Translations under genes and position numbers: made by a program
In this document: piece by piece, positions 28,906-38,766 of the stretch
Layout of the letters: each line of letters starts with the position of its first letter
Position numbering within the stretch: position 1 is the first letter of the stretch
Notes under the pieces: model-generated
Seen by the model: the letters and a program-made list of their open reading frames with translations, nothing else
What the model was told of the DNA's origin: nothing
Database searches by the model: none
NCBI GenBank assembly: GCA_002731275.1
Contig: PCBK01000053.1
Coordinates: 36,275-100,274 of the forward strand
Origin: Deltaproteobacteria bacterium
Lineage (GTDB): Bacteria > Myxococcota_C > UBA6777
Direction of reading: 5' to 3'
DNA length: 64,000 nt

Positions 28906-30390
28906 CTACCACACATCCCTTGTGATATCCTCCAGCAGTGTCGACCAACCAATCATTTGACAACACGTTAATACCGCCGACAATGTCGCTCCAACAACAC
29001 CAGGCAACAATACGCTCTGTCCTGTCAAGAATAGGTTTTTGATCGGTGTCTTGGGCATCACTGGATTGGAGAGGCTCTCCATATCGTGTTGGTATCCGTA
29101 GGATGTTCCTTGCTGTGTGGCAGTGTATCGTTCGTAAGTGAGGGGAGTCGCAGACCAGATTGGTGCATCTTGGATTGGCCACGTCGTCAGGAGGTCTTGT
29201 AGGTGTGTTTTGAGTTGTTCTTCTGTCTGCTTTTTGGTGCGGTGGTATTGCGGGGAGCGTCCGTACTCTTGTCCTCCACACCAGGCGACCGCTGTGTCAT
29301 AGCTCATCGTTGTGAAGCCCTGGAGTGAGCCTCGATCACATGCGAGAAAGAACATCGATGGTCTCTCGATCTCTGGTGTCCTATGAAGTCTGGGGCTGTA
29401 TCCTCTTGTAACATCTACATCGTCGAAGAAGTAGATGTTGTGATCCAGATCGTACGTGGGTGGCAATTTGAGGAAGAAGCTGAACGCACCGAGGCCGTTT
29501 TTACGTGTGAGTATGCGTTCTTTATAAGAAGGGCGAAGAGCCTTTGGAGGGAGCAACCTCATCATCGCGGCAGGGTGGAGTGCACAAAGAATGGATGTAG
29601 CCTTGCACGGGGGATGTTCTTTGAAGTGCACTTGTGTCGCGTGTCTCTTTTCAACATCGATGGACTGGACGTGATGACGTAGTAGGAGTGTACCACCAAG
29701 CTCTTTGAAGCGAGTGGCGAGAAGATCGGCGAGCTGTTGGCTACCGCCTTCGATACGCCACGCTGACTGCAAAAAAGAGTGCAGGACGAGAAAGTGCAGA
29801 TGCAATGGGCACTGTGAGGGATGGACGTTGTAGAGATAAGTGGGGGCACATACGATCCCACGAAGCTCTGCTGACGCACCGAGCTGAGCGAGATACTGTC
29901 CGAGGCTCTCTTCCTGGATGTAATCTCTCGCGCCTTGTCGCTGTTCATGTGGATTGTAGAGTGGGATACGTCTACAGACGTCCTGCATTCTTTGGATGAA
30001 AGCTTCGATCGCGTCGGTGTCTTGTGGGCACGCTTGAAGGAGCGCTTGTCTGTAAGCTTCGACACCACGTGGGACGCGAAAAGAGAACGTTGGAAATTGG
30101 TAGACATCAAACCCTGTCGGAGCGAGCTCTTGTAGAGAGAGTCTGTCGTGTATGTCGAGGTAGCGAAAGTAGGTCCACAAGGTCTGTCCTGGTGCCATTG
30201 CGCCGATGTAATGGACACTCGAATCAAAACGTTGTTGGTTGCGTGTGAAGGACTGAAGCATGCCGCCTGGGATGGCGTTCTTTTCTACGAGCGCGACGCT
30301 TTGTCCTTGTTTTGCGAGGATACATGCGCTGATGAGACCGCTGATCCCTGCGCCGATGACGATCGTGTCGAATGTGTTAGTAGAGGACAT
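28906..30390 (-). CDS. FAD-dependent oxidoreductase of the phytoene desaturase (CrtI/CrtD-like amine oxidase) family
   Basis: N-terminal dinucleotide-binding motif FDTIVIGAGISGLISACILAKQGQSVALVEKNAIPGG. Confidence 0.6.
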   Translation of the reverse strand: MSSTNTFDTIVIGAGISGLISACILAKQGQSVALVEKNAIPGGMLQSFTRNQQRFDSSVHYIGAMAPGQTLWTYFRYLDIHDRLSLQELAPTGFDVYQFPTFSFRVPRGVEAYRQALLQACPQDTDAIEAFIQRMQDVCRRIPLYNPHEQRQGARDYIQEESLGQYLAQLGASAELRGIVCAPTYLYNVHPSQCPLHLHFLVLHSFLQSAWRIEGGSQQLADLLATRFKELGGTLLLRHHVQSIDVEKRHATQVHFKEHPPCKATSILCALHPAAMMRLLPPKALRPSYKERILTRKNGLGAFSFFLKLPPTYDLDHNIYFFDDVDVTRGYSPRLHRTPEIERPSMFFLACDRGSLQGFTTMSYDTAVAWCGGQEYGRSPQYHRTKKQTEEQLKTHLQDLLTTWPIQDAPIWSATPLTYERYTATQQGTSYGYQHDMESLSNPVMPKTPIKNLFLTGQSVLLPGVVGATLSAVLTCCQMIGWSTLLEDITRDVW

Positions 30391-31204
30391 CTTCGAGATG
30401 TTGCTGCCATTCTTGGCGTGTTTCGAGGTATGTTTTTCGCGACTGTATCAGGGTGAGCAGCTTTGTTTGTTGGTTGAGCGCTTCACGAAAGCGCTTCGCG
30501 AGTTGTCGTCTCATCCACAAGACACCTTGTTCACCGACTTGCCAGCCTCCTTCTGGAGTTGGCTCCATACTGATGATAGTGGGCAGCGGCATGGTCAGCT
30601 CAACCCAAAAAGATGGTTTGATGTCCGAGCGGCGAAGGTGGGTGCGCAATCCTCGTAACACAGACAGGAGACTGTAGTGGATATAGTCGTGGATCGTGCC
30701 GATACGGGCGGGACGATCCACGAGTGCCTTGATCAAAGTGTCGAGCGCACGCAGGCGGTAAGCTCTGGGCTGTTCACCTCGGGACCACTGCTCGTACGTC
30801 TCCATGTAAGCTTGGTATGCTGGTGGAGGGGGTTGTTGAAGCAGATCCGTTTGTTCGGGGTAATCCCATAGACAATCGTGAAGAAAGTGTGTCCATACAC
30901 TCGCAGGGATGACACGAAAGTAAGGGAAGTCGCTTAGCTCAGGGGTGTCTTGTTCGAGCAGGTGAAGGAGTTCATTGGGTGTCAGTGAGAGGTCATGTCT
31001 GTGGGACCAGAACTCCTCTTTAGAGAGGTGTTCTTTGGCGTAGGCGCGTTCGAGTTGGAGGATGGCTTCGAGTCTGTGGGGGAGGGTGGGGATGTGTTTG
31101 GCGGTGTCGATACATGCTTGGAGTGCGCGTCGTTCGGTGCTTGTGAAGCGTTGTCGTTGTGCAGAGCCAAAGGTGGCTCTTCGTCGAGAAGAGGGGCGGC
31201 GCAT
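30377..31204 (-). CDS. hypothetical protein; start trimmed to ATG just after relA stop; 3' end overlaps next gene by 14 nt
   Basis: ORF track 30377..31312 trimmed to internal Met (MRRPSSRRR) because upstream part overlaps relA-homolog 3' end. Confidence 0.4.
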   Translation of the reverse strand: MRRPSSRRRATFGSAQRQRFTSTERRALQACIDTAKHIPTLPHRLEAILQLERAYAKEHLSKEEFWSHRHDLSLTPNELLHLLEQDTPELSDFPYFRVIPASVWTHFLHDCLWDYPEQTDLLQQPPPPAYQAYMETYEQWSRGEQPRAYRLRALDTLIKALVDRPARIGTIHDYIHYSLLSVLRGLRTHLRRSDIKPSFWVELTMPLPTIISMEPTPEGGWQVGEQGVLWMRRQLAKRFREALNQQTKLLTLIQSRKTYLETRQEWQQHLEDVLY

Positions 31205-31218
31205 GATCTGTATGCCTC

Positions 31219-33399
31219 CTAATGTCGAAGACGTTGGACTGCAAGGACACCTCTGATGTCTTCGAGTTGACGCAGGACCCTTTTGAGTTGATGGAGGTCG
31301 GAGACCTGACACTTAAATGTGTTGATGGCTTCGTCATCATCGGTCTCACATTGTGCAGCGCTGATGTTGATGTTGAGATCCGCGAAGATCTTGGATTGAA
31401 GGCTCAAGAGCCCCGGTCTGTTCTCCGAAACCACTCTGATATGGACGGTGTGACTGGCTTCCTGGCCAGTGTGCCAGCTCACCTCTACATGTCTGTTGGG
31501 GTCACGTGATTGGATCTTCGCGCAGTTTTTACGGTGGACGATCACTCCGCGTCCTCGTGAGATAAAGCCGACAATGGGATCACCAGGGATGGGGTTACAG
31601 CAACCCGCCAGTTGGGCCATGATATCATCCATCCCATCGACGAGGACGCCGCGACTGCTGCGTCGTTTGGCCGGCTGGGATTGTGTGACGAGCTCGATCT
31701 CTTCGGGCTCTTCTTTTGTCTGCTCGGGTGGGAACAGCCGCAACACGACGTCTTCAGCGGATATCTTTTGAAACCCTATCTGCATCAACAGCTCGTCAAA
31801 AGAGGCCTGATTGTAATAGTCGAGGACAGGTGCGAAGAGATTTTGTTTGAGCAGCTTGTTGATGCTCTTGTTGTTTGTGGGGAGTTCTTTCTCCAGCCAC
31901 TCGCGTCCTTTGGCCAACGCCTGCTCTCTTTGTTCGAGGCGCAGGTAGGAGCGGATCTTGGTTTTGGCGCGGTTGGTGTAGACGAACTTCAGCCAGTGTT
32001 GCTTGGGCTCGGAGGAGGGGGAGGTCAGGATGTCGACGAGATCGCCATTCTTGAGCTCGTAGCGCAGTGGGACGATCTTGTTGTTGACCTTGGCACCGAC
32101 ACAAGTGTACCCGACGTCTGTGTGGATGGAGAAGGCAAAGTCGAGCGCAGTTGCGCCTTTGGGGAGCTCTTTGACGTGGCCTTTTGGTGTGAAGACAAAC
32201 ACCTCTTCTTCTTCGAGATAGTCGCGTACACTGGCCATGAAAGCCTGCGCGTCATCGCGTTCATCTTTGAGCTGCAAGAGGTTGCGTAGCCACTGGAACT
32301 TCTCGACCGTCGGGCTTTGTTTGGTGGCGTTGGAGTTATTTTTCTCTTTGTAGAGCCAGTGCGCCGCGATCCCTTCCTCTGCGAGTCTGTGCATCTCATG
32401 GGTCCTGATTTGGATCTCCATGCGCTTGTTGTGGGGTCCAAAGACCGTTGTGTGAAGGGACTGGTAGAGGTTGGGTTTGGGGACCGCGATGTAGTCTTTG
32501 AAGCGTCCTGGGATCGGCTTCCAGTGGCTATGGATCGCGCCGAGGAGCTGGTAGCATTCGGCTTTGGTCTCGCAGATCAAGCGGAACGCTGTGACGTCGA
32601 ATAGTTGTGAGAAGGTCAGCTTCTTTTTGCGCATCTTGTTGTAGATGCTGTTGATGTGCTTGGAGCGACCTGCGACGTCACATGTGATATCTTCGCGTTG
32701 GCAGATATCTTCGATCGTCTGTTTGACATCTTCGATGTAGTCTTTGCGTTCGTTTTGTTTGGAGTTGAGCTGCTCGACGAGTCCGTAAAAGTCGTGTGGG
32801 TAGAGGTAGCGCAGGGAGAGGTCTTCGAGCTCATTTTTGAGCCACGAGATCCCGAGTCTGTTGGAGAGTGGGGCGTAGATCTCGCGGCACTCATGGGCGA
32901 CGATGCGCTGTTGTTTGATGGGGATCCATTCGAGCTGTTTGAGGAAAAACAGGCGCTCACAAAATTTGAACAGGATCACGCGCATGTCTTGGGCGATGGA
33001 GAGCAGCATCTTGCTGAAGCTCTCGGCCTGTTGTTTGAGTAGCGCCTGCTCATTTTGCTCGCTTTGCTCTGGGATGTCGAAGGTCGGGAGTTTGAGTAGA
33101 CTCTCACAGATCGTGGCGATCTCTTTGCCGAAGGTCTCACGGATCTCACTCAGCTCGACACTTTGCTGTTTGAGCAGAGGGTAGAGGAGCGCTGTCGTGA
33201 AGGTCGCGGCGTCCTGGTGGAGTCGGAGGAGCAGCTCGATGACACCGAGGCTCTCTTCTTTTGATTTGTGTCCGATGGCTTGGGGAGGGTGGATGTATTT
33301 TTCGCAGCACCATTTGTCTGCAGTCTCGATATGTTTCCATTGTTTCTTGGAGATCGTAGTGCGAACGGGTTGCAACAACGATAGAAGCTCTTGACGCAT
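31219..33399 (-). CDS. relA: RelA/SpoT-homolog (p)ppGpp synthetase with degenerate HD (hydrolase) motifs, TGS and ACT domains
   Basis: Synthetase motif RSKHINSIYNKMRKKKLTFSQLFDVTAFRLICE...YIAVPKPNLYQSLHTTVFGP; HD-motif positions read ALLYPLLKQQ instead of ALLHDVVEDT; start set at MRQELL (ORF track extends to 33741). Confidence 0.8.
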   Translation of the reverse strand: MRQELLSLLQPVRTTISKKQWKHIETADKWCCEKYIHPPQAIGHKSKEESLGVIELLLRLHQDAATFTTALLYPLLKQQSVELSEIRETFGKEIATICESLLKLPTFDIPEQSEQNEQALLKQQAESFSKMLLSIAQDMRVILFKFCERLFFLKQLEWIPIKQQRIVAHECREIYAPLSNRLGISWLKNELEDLSLRYLYPHDFYGLVEQLNSKQNERKDYIEDVKQTIEDICQREDITCDVAGRSKHINSIYNKMRKKKLTFSQLFDVTAFRLICETKAECYQLLGAIHSHWKPIPGRFKDYIAVPKPNLYQSLHTTVFGPHNKRMEIQIRTHEMHRLAEEGIAAHWLYKEKNNSNATKQSPTVEKFQWLRNLLQLKDERDDAQAFMASVRDYLEEEEVFVFTPKGHVKELPKGATALDFAFSIHTDVGYTCVGAKVNNKIVPLRYELKNGDLVDILTSPSSEPKQHWLKFVYTNRAKTKIRSYLRLEQREQALAKGREWLEKELPTNNKSINKLLKQNLFAPVLDYYNQASFDELLMQIGFQKISAEDVVLRLFPPEQTKEEPEEIELVTQSQPAKRRSSRGVLVDGMDDIMAQLAGCCNPIPGDPIVGFISRGRGVIVHRKNCAKIQSRDPNRHVEVSWHTGQEASHTVHIRVVSENRPGLLSLQSKIFADLNINISAAQCETDDDEAINTFKCQVSDLHQLKRVLRQLEDIRGVLAVQRLRH

Positions 33400-33696
33400 A
33401 GATTCAGTCTCACACAAGTTTGGGGATATGTCCGCGACACTTTCCAACCTCCTCAATATAATTTGCAATGTCCAAAATGTCCAGTGATACCGTTTTATCA
33501 AGCCTTGTTGTCGCGTTCTTTGGCCATGTCTGTGGGTGGCATCTGTGATGGGAGAGAGGACAGGCAGGTGAGTGTTGGGGGGCGAGGTTGTCTGCGCGCA
33601 GACCCTTGTCATGTTTGGGGGAGATTGGGTACACTGCGTCGCATTCATCCGCCAGGCCATGCCTCCAAAACGTATTTCAAAGACACGGAGATACAC

Positions 33697-35646
33697 ATGA
33701 AAGAACCGCTGTGGAAGCCAACACAAGAACGCATTGAACAATCGAATATGACAAAGTTTTTGTCATATCTACAGCAGCAGCATGGAGTGACCTTCGAAGA
33801 TTACGACGCGCTGCACACTTGGTCTGTCGAGCAGCGTGAGTTGTTTTGGTCGGCGATATGGGACTTTTGTGGCGTGAAGGCGCAGACGCCTTACGACACC
33901 ATCCTGGAAAATGGCGACAAGATCATGGAGTCCAAGTGGTTTGTCGGTGCGCGCCTGAACTTCGCTGAGAACCTGCTTCGTGTCCGTGATGATCGGACCG
34001 CGCTGTTGTTTCGCAACGAGTTGGGGACGGAGATCTCCTACACGTACAACGAGCTGTATACAGAGGTGGAGAAGCTCGCCTCTGCGATGAGAGCGATGGG
34101 GCTTGAGAAGGGTGATCGTGTCGCGGGCTTCTTGCCCAACCTGCCACAGACTGCGATCGCGATGCTCGCTGCGTCGAGTATTGGGGCGATCTGGTCTTCG
34201 ACTTCACCTGACTTTGGCTTCCGCGGTGTGATGGACCGCTTTGGTCAGATCGAGCCAAGGATCCTGTTTACAGCAGATGGTTACTTTTACAAGGGGAAAA
34301 AGAACGACTCTTTGGGCAAAATCAAGGAGATCGTCGAGGCCATCCCATCGATCGAGAAGGTCATCGTCATCCCCTACGCAGAAGCCGAGCCTGATATCTC
34401 TGCTGTTCCAAAAGCGACGTTACTTGGTGACTTTGCCCATGACGAACCTACACCGCTGGCCTTTGAACCGCTGCCTTTCGATCATCCTCTGTATATTATG
34501 TATTCCTCTGGGACGACAGGGGTGCCCAAGTGCATCGTCCACGGCGCAGGTGGGACACTGTTGCAGCATCTCAAGGAACATTCACTCCATGTCGACTTGA
34601 AGCCACATGATCGCTTCTTCTACTTTACGACGTGTGGTTGGATGATGTGGAACTGGTTGATCACGGGGCTGGCGTCTGGTGCGACTGTCATGTTGTTCGA
34701 CGGTTCACCGTTCTATCCCGAGCCACAATCTCTCTTTCAATACGTCGAAGAGCACGACTTTCATATCTTTGGGACGAGCGCCAAGTACCTGGCAGCCCTG
34801 GAGAACGCGGGGGTCAAGCCAAAAGACCTGTTCAAGCTCAAGTCTCTCAAGGCGATTCTCTCGACAGGTTCGCCTTTGAGTGAGGCGAGCTTTGAGTACG
34901 TGTATCGAGACATCAAGCCGGACGTGCATTTGGCTTCGATCTCGGGTGGGACAGACCTTATCTCGTGTTTTGTCCTGGGCAATCCCACACTTCCTGTCTA
35001 CTCCGAGGAGATCCAGTGTCGCGGTCTGGGGATGGCCGTGGAGTCTTTGGACGAAGAGGGCAAGCCTCTTCGCGGTGAGAAGGGAGAGTTGACGTGTTTA
35101 CGCTCCTTCCCATCACAGCCCATCTACTTTTGGAATGATCCCAACAACGACCGTTATCGTGGTGCTTACTTTGAGTTTTACGACAACATTTGGCGTCATG
35201 GTGACTTTGTGGAGATCACAGAGCGTGGTGGTGTCGTGATCTATGGACGCTCTGATGCGACCTTGAATCCCGGTGGTGTTCGTATCGGGACGGCGGAGAT
35301 CTACCGTGCGATTGAGCCCCTTGAGAGCATCGCGGATGGGTTGGTGATTGGACGTGAGACTGGCGATGATGTAGAAGTTGTGCTATTCGTGAAGCTCAAC
35401 GATGGGTTTGCGTTGGATGACACGTTGAAGCAGACATTGCGCAAGACGATCCGAGCGAGCGCATCACCACGCCACGTACCCGCGAAGATTATCGCTGTAC
35501 CAGACATCCCTTATACATTGAGCGGAAAAAAGGTAGAGCTTGCTGTTCGCCGTGTGGTGCATGGCCAATCCGTACCCAATAAAGACGCGCTGGCCAATCC
35601 GGAGGCGCTTGATTTTTACAAAGACCTGGAAGAATTACAGGGTTAA
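33697..35646 (+). CDS. acetoacetyl-CoA synthetase
   Basis: N-terminus MKEPLWKPTQERIEQSNMTKFLSYLQQ typical of this enzyme; AMP-binding motif YSSGTTGVPK; ORF track start 33391 is a TTG extension. Confidence 0.85.
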   Translation: MKEPLWKPTQERIEQSNMTKFLSYLQQQHGVTFEDYDALHTWSVEQRELFWSAIWDFCGVKAQTPYDTILENGDKIMESKWFVGARLNFAENLLRVRDDRTALLFRNELGTEISYTYNELYTEVEKLASAMRAMGLEKGDRVAGFLPNLPQTAIAMLAASSIGAIWSSTSPDFGFRGVMDRFGQIEPRILFTADGYFYKGKKNDSLGKIKEIVEAIPSIEKVIVIPYAEAEPDISAVPKATLLGDFAHDEPTPLAFEPLPFDHPLYIMYSSGTTGVPKCIVHGAGGTLLQHLKEHSLHVDLKPHDRFFYFTTCGWMMWNWLITGLASGATVMLFDGSPFYPEPQSLFQYVEEHDFHIFGTSAKYLAALENAGVKPKDLFKLKSLKAILSTGSPLSEASFEYVYRDIKPDVHLASISGGTDLISCFVLGNPTLPVYSEEIQCRGLGMAVESLDEEGKPLRGEKGELTCLRSFPSQPIYFWNDPNNDRYRGAYFEFYDNIWRHGDFVEITERGGVVIYGRSDATLNPGGVRIGTAEIYRAIEPLESIADGLVIGRETGDDVEVVLFVKLNDGFALDDTLKQTLRKTIRASASPRHVPAKIIAVPDIPYTLSGKKVELAVRRVVHGQSVPNKDALANPEALDFYKDLEELQG

Positions 35647-35687
35647 CATCCCCATCGATGGGATAGTTGCAGAGCAGGAGGATATCG

Positions 35688-36281
35688 ATGCAGCAGAGAG
35701 TGTTGACGTACGCTGACTTGTGGCGTCCGAGTTCAAAAGAGTCCGCGATCGTATATGACGTGATGTTGGTGATGGCTGGTAGCTGGGCGCTCGCGTTGTT
35801 CGCCCAGATCGCGATCCCACTCCCCCATACACCTGTCCCCATTACAGGACAGAGCTTCGCCGTCTTGATGCTCGGTGTGCTCCTCGGGAGTCGTAAAGGT
35901 GCCGCGAGTGTGATGGCGTATCTTGCACAAGGTGCTTGTGGTTTGCCTTTCTTCGCAGGTGGAAAAGCCGGACTCGCGATCTTGTCCGGTGTAACAGCTG
36001 GTTACTTCGCAGGTTTTGTGGCTGCAGCTTACGTGGCGGGTTGGCTCGCCGAGAAGGGCGCAGATCGCAACGTCTTCACCTCCGTCCTTGCGATGCTCGT
36101 CGGGACCGCTGTGATCTTTGCGTTTGGCCTGAGCTGGCTCTCCTTCATCCTTCCCGCCGGCTCTGTGCTCGCGTTGGGATTGTACCCCTTCTTGCCCGGT
36201 GCGCTGATCAAACTCGTCGCAGCCGCTGTCCTGTTGCCTGCTGGTTGGGCCTTCTTGGGAAAAACACACTCCCACAAGTAA
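35688..36281 (+). CDS. bioY: BioY-family biotin transporter (ECF S component)
   Basis: LLGSRKGAASVMAYLAQGACGLPFFAGGKAG...TAGYFAGF signature; GGAGG RBS before ATG 35688. Confidence 0.8.
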   Translation: MQQRVLTYADLWRPSSKESAIVYDVMLVMAGSWALALFAQIAIPLPHTPVPITGQSFAVLMLGVLLGSRKGAASVMAYLAQGACGLPFFAGGKAGLAILSGVTAGYFAGFVAAAYVAGWLAEKGADRNVFTSVLAMLVGTAVIFAFGLSWLSFILPAGSVLALGLYPFLPGALIKLVAAAVLLPAGWAFLGKTHSHK

Positions 36282-36535
36282 GCACACCCCCTCCTATACA
36301 AAACCCCCTCAGACAAGCTTCACCCACCATCTCTCGCGACTCGACTTCGTCGGCAAGGGGAGCGGTGTAACGTTGACAGGTGGTAGCTCGTCATAGAATG
36401 TATACGGGAGTTTTTTGGTCGAGATAGAATAGTGTCTCACTGTATCCCGTCCAACGCAAAACAGTGCCGTGCCCCCTGCGCGGTCACGCCGTCATTGGCC
36501 AACCTATTGGATCTGTAGAATCATTGGAGGATTTC

Positions 36536-37363
36536 ATGAACGTGTCGAAGTGGTCTATGAGTGTACTTTTGGCCGTCGCCTGTTTGTTCATCGCGACGCC
36601 TGTTTGGGCTGCCAAAAAGATGGAGACATCTACCGCCTGCAAAAAGAAGAAGTGGAGCCAAAAGCGCTTCAGCCATCGTTTGTTCTCAGGGATGCTCAAA
36701 AAGTACGTGAGAAACGGTCTGGTCAATTACAACGGGTTTCGCAAAAAGCGTCGTAAACTCGATAAGTATTTGTGTCGACTCGCACACACCAACGTCAAAA
36801 AGATCCGCTCACGCAAGGCTCGCTTTGCTTTCTGGATCAACGCATACAACGCCATCACCATCCGCGCAATCCTCGATCGTTTGCCGCGTTCAAGAGGCGG
36901 ACAAAAGAGCTTCAGCGTCGTCAAAAAGAAGTGGAACTTCTGGAAGGGATCGAAGTACGAAGTCTCTGGGAAGTGGTACACACTCGATCAAATTGAAAAT
37001 GGTTTGATTCGTCCCCGCTTCAAGGATGCCCGCCTGCACTTTGCCCTCGTTTGTGGCGCACGTGGCTGTCCTCACCTCGCGTCCCGTAGCTACACCGGAA
37101 GTCGTCTCAGCAGAATGCTCACCAAAAATACGCGCAAGTATCTCGCCTCTTCCGCGGGCTTTAAACTCGATCGTGGTGCCAAAACAGTCCACGTCTCGAA
37201 ACTCTTCCAATGGTATCGCAAAGACTTCGAACAAAAACACAAACACTACCTTCTCTTTATCGCCAAGTTCCTGAAAAAGAGCGACCGCAAGTTTGTGCGC
37301 AAGCACTACAAAGAGCTCAAGGTCAAGTGGATTCACTATAGCTGGGCGCTCAACCTCCAATAA
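36536..37363 (+). CDS. DUF547-family secreted protein
   Basis: Signal peptide; FWINAYNA...LHFALVCGARGCPHL...KLFQWYRKDF motifs. Confidence 0.6.
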   Translation: MNVSKWSMSVLLAVACLFIATPVWAAKKMETSTACKKKKWSQKRFSHRLFSGMLKKYVRNGLVNYNGFRKKRRKLDKYLCRLAHTNVKKIRSRKARFAFWINAYNAITIRAILDRLPRSRGGQKSFSVVKKKWNFWKGSKYEVSGKWYTLDQIENGLIRPRFKDARLHFALVCGARGCPHLASRSYTGSRLSRMLTKNTRKYLASSAGFKLDRGAKTVHVSKLFQWYRKDFEQKHKHYLLFIAKFLKKSDRKFVRKHYKELKVKWIHYSWALNLQ

Positions 37364-37481
37364 TCCCTCACAGCTCACTTCCTCTACACCATCCCCTCCA
37401 TCTCTTACTCTCTCAATACGACCCTTCTACGACTGTATCCAGCGCTGTTTGTGTTTCTTTGATGATGACGGCAAGTTGTCC

Positions 37482-38462
37482 TTACGAGAGGAGAGGGACA
37501 GCTTCGGCGAGTGGGAGGAATGAGTGGGTGTTGGAGATGGTGGAAAATGTGGAGGAAAAGCGTTTGTGTTTTTCGTGGAGTGGGACGCTGAGGTCTGGTT
37601 GCTTGTTGCTGAGCTGTTCGAGGAAGGGGTCGACTTTTGGGTCGAGGAAGTCGATCGCGTGCAGCTCGATATTGAGGAGTGGATATTGTCTGGCGAAGAG
37701 GGGCGTGAGGAGTTTGAGCGCGAGGGCCGGAAAGAGGAGGATATTGGTTCCGATGAAGGGGAGAGGGAGTCCCGCGAGGACTGGCATAGGGATCTCCCAG
37801 AGGGCTTCGTTGTTGGGTTGCCGTTGGTAGGTCGGATAGGTGAAGGCGCGTGGTTGTTTGGTGCGTGTATGTGGGTTCTCCCCTGGCTGGTAAGGCTGAG
37901 AGGGGGCGAACAGGACACGTGGCGAACCGAGCATTGAGCGGCTGGGACGACCACGCAAGGAGAGCCAACTCATGACGAGGCCTTTGGCGATGTAGTAAGG
38001 GGGGCATGGAAAGACCGATGAATCGTACTGATAACCGCGTTTTCGTAAAATGGAGAGCACCTCTGGAGATGTGTTGTATCCGGGGCAGCGGAACCCAACG
38101 ACTTGTTTTCCTTCGGGCAGAAGTGCTTCGATCGCGGCTTCGGCGTGGGCGATCTCTTCCTCGATGGCGAGTGGATGTCGTTGTGTGAGCCTGTAGGGAT
38201 GTCGTTGTGTGTGGTTGGCGAGCTCGTGTCCTTCTGCGACGGCTTGTTGAAGGAGCTTTTTGTGGACCGGGTGATGGAGATCCTCACCGATGACAAATAA
38301 AGTCGCGCGTATCCCAAGTTTTGCAAACAACTCAAGGAAGCGAGGCATGGCGTGTGTGTAAACCGGGTCGGCTTGTGTATGGTCCGGCGTGGGGAGCCCG
38401 TGGATTTGGTGGTAGAAGCGTAGTGTGTCGATATCTATGCTGATAGAACATGTACGAGGCAT
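37482..38462 (-). CDS. polysaccharide deacetylase (CE4/NodB-homology) family protein
   Basis: SIDIDT..., RATLFVIGE, GHELANHTQRH motifs. Confidence 0.7.
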   Translation of the reverse strand: MPRTCSISIDIDTLRFYHQIHGLPTPDHTQADPVYTHAMPRFLELFAKLGIRATLFVIGEDLHHPVHKKLLQQAVAEGHELANHTQRHPYRLTQRHPLAIEEEIAHAEAAIEALLPEGKQVVGFRCPGYNTSPEVLSILRKRGYQYDSSVFPCPPYYIAKGLVMSWLSLRGRPSRSMLGSPRVLFAPSQPYQPGENPHTRTKQPRAFTYPTYQRQPNNEALWEIPMPVLAGLPLPFIGTNILLFPALALKLLTPLFARQYPLLNIELHAIDFLDPKVDPFLEQLSNKQPDLSVPLHEKHKRFSSTFSTISNTHSFLPLAEAVPLLS

Positions 38463-38766
38463 GCTGTTTCTCCAGGAAATCAAGGGGAAATCTTGTGTGG
38501 CCTATTGTCCCATCTTTCGATCGGATGTATGATTTGGGTCACAAAGATAGAGAGGTTGGAGAAGTCATGCAAGTCTTTTTGAAGGTGTTCATTTTCTTTT
38601 CCAACCGGAGTGTTTGTCTGAGCGCTACAGAGAGAGCGATACATCAAAGGTTTCCACACGTTGCACTTTGACGTGGGTGGGGGATCTTGTGGTATGTTGA
38701 TTTGATCATGTGTTGCTGTTATGTAATGGGTGCTCCAGGTGAAAATGGCACAAGTCGTGGCCAAAA

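Noticed and set aside
33400-33741. 114-aa N-terminal extension of the RelA/SpoT ORF and the TTG-initiated 33391..33696 extension of acetoacetyl-CoA synthetase
   Set aside because: The two extensions overlap each other divergently. Conserved N-termini (MRQELL.. and MKEPLWKP..) with an RBS lie downstream.
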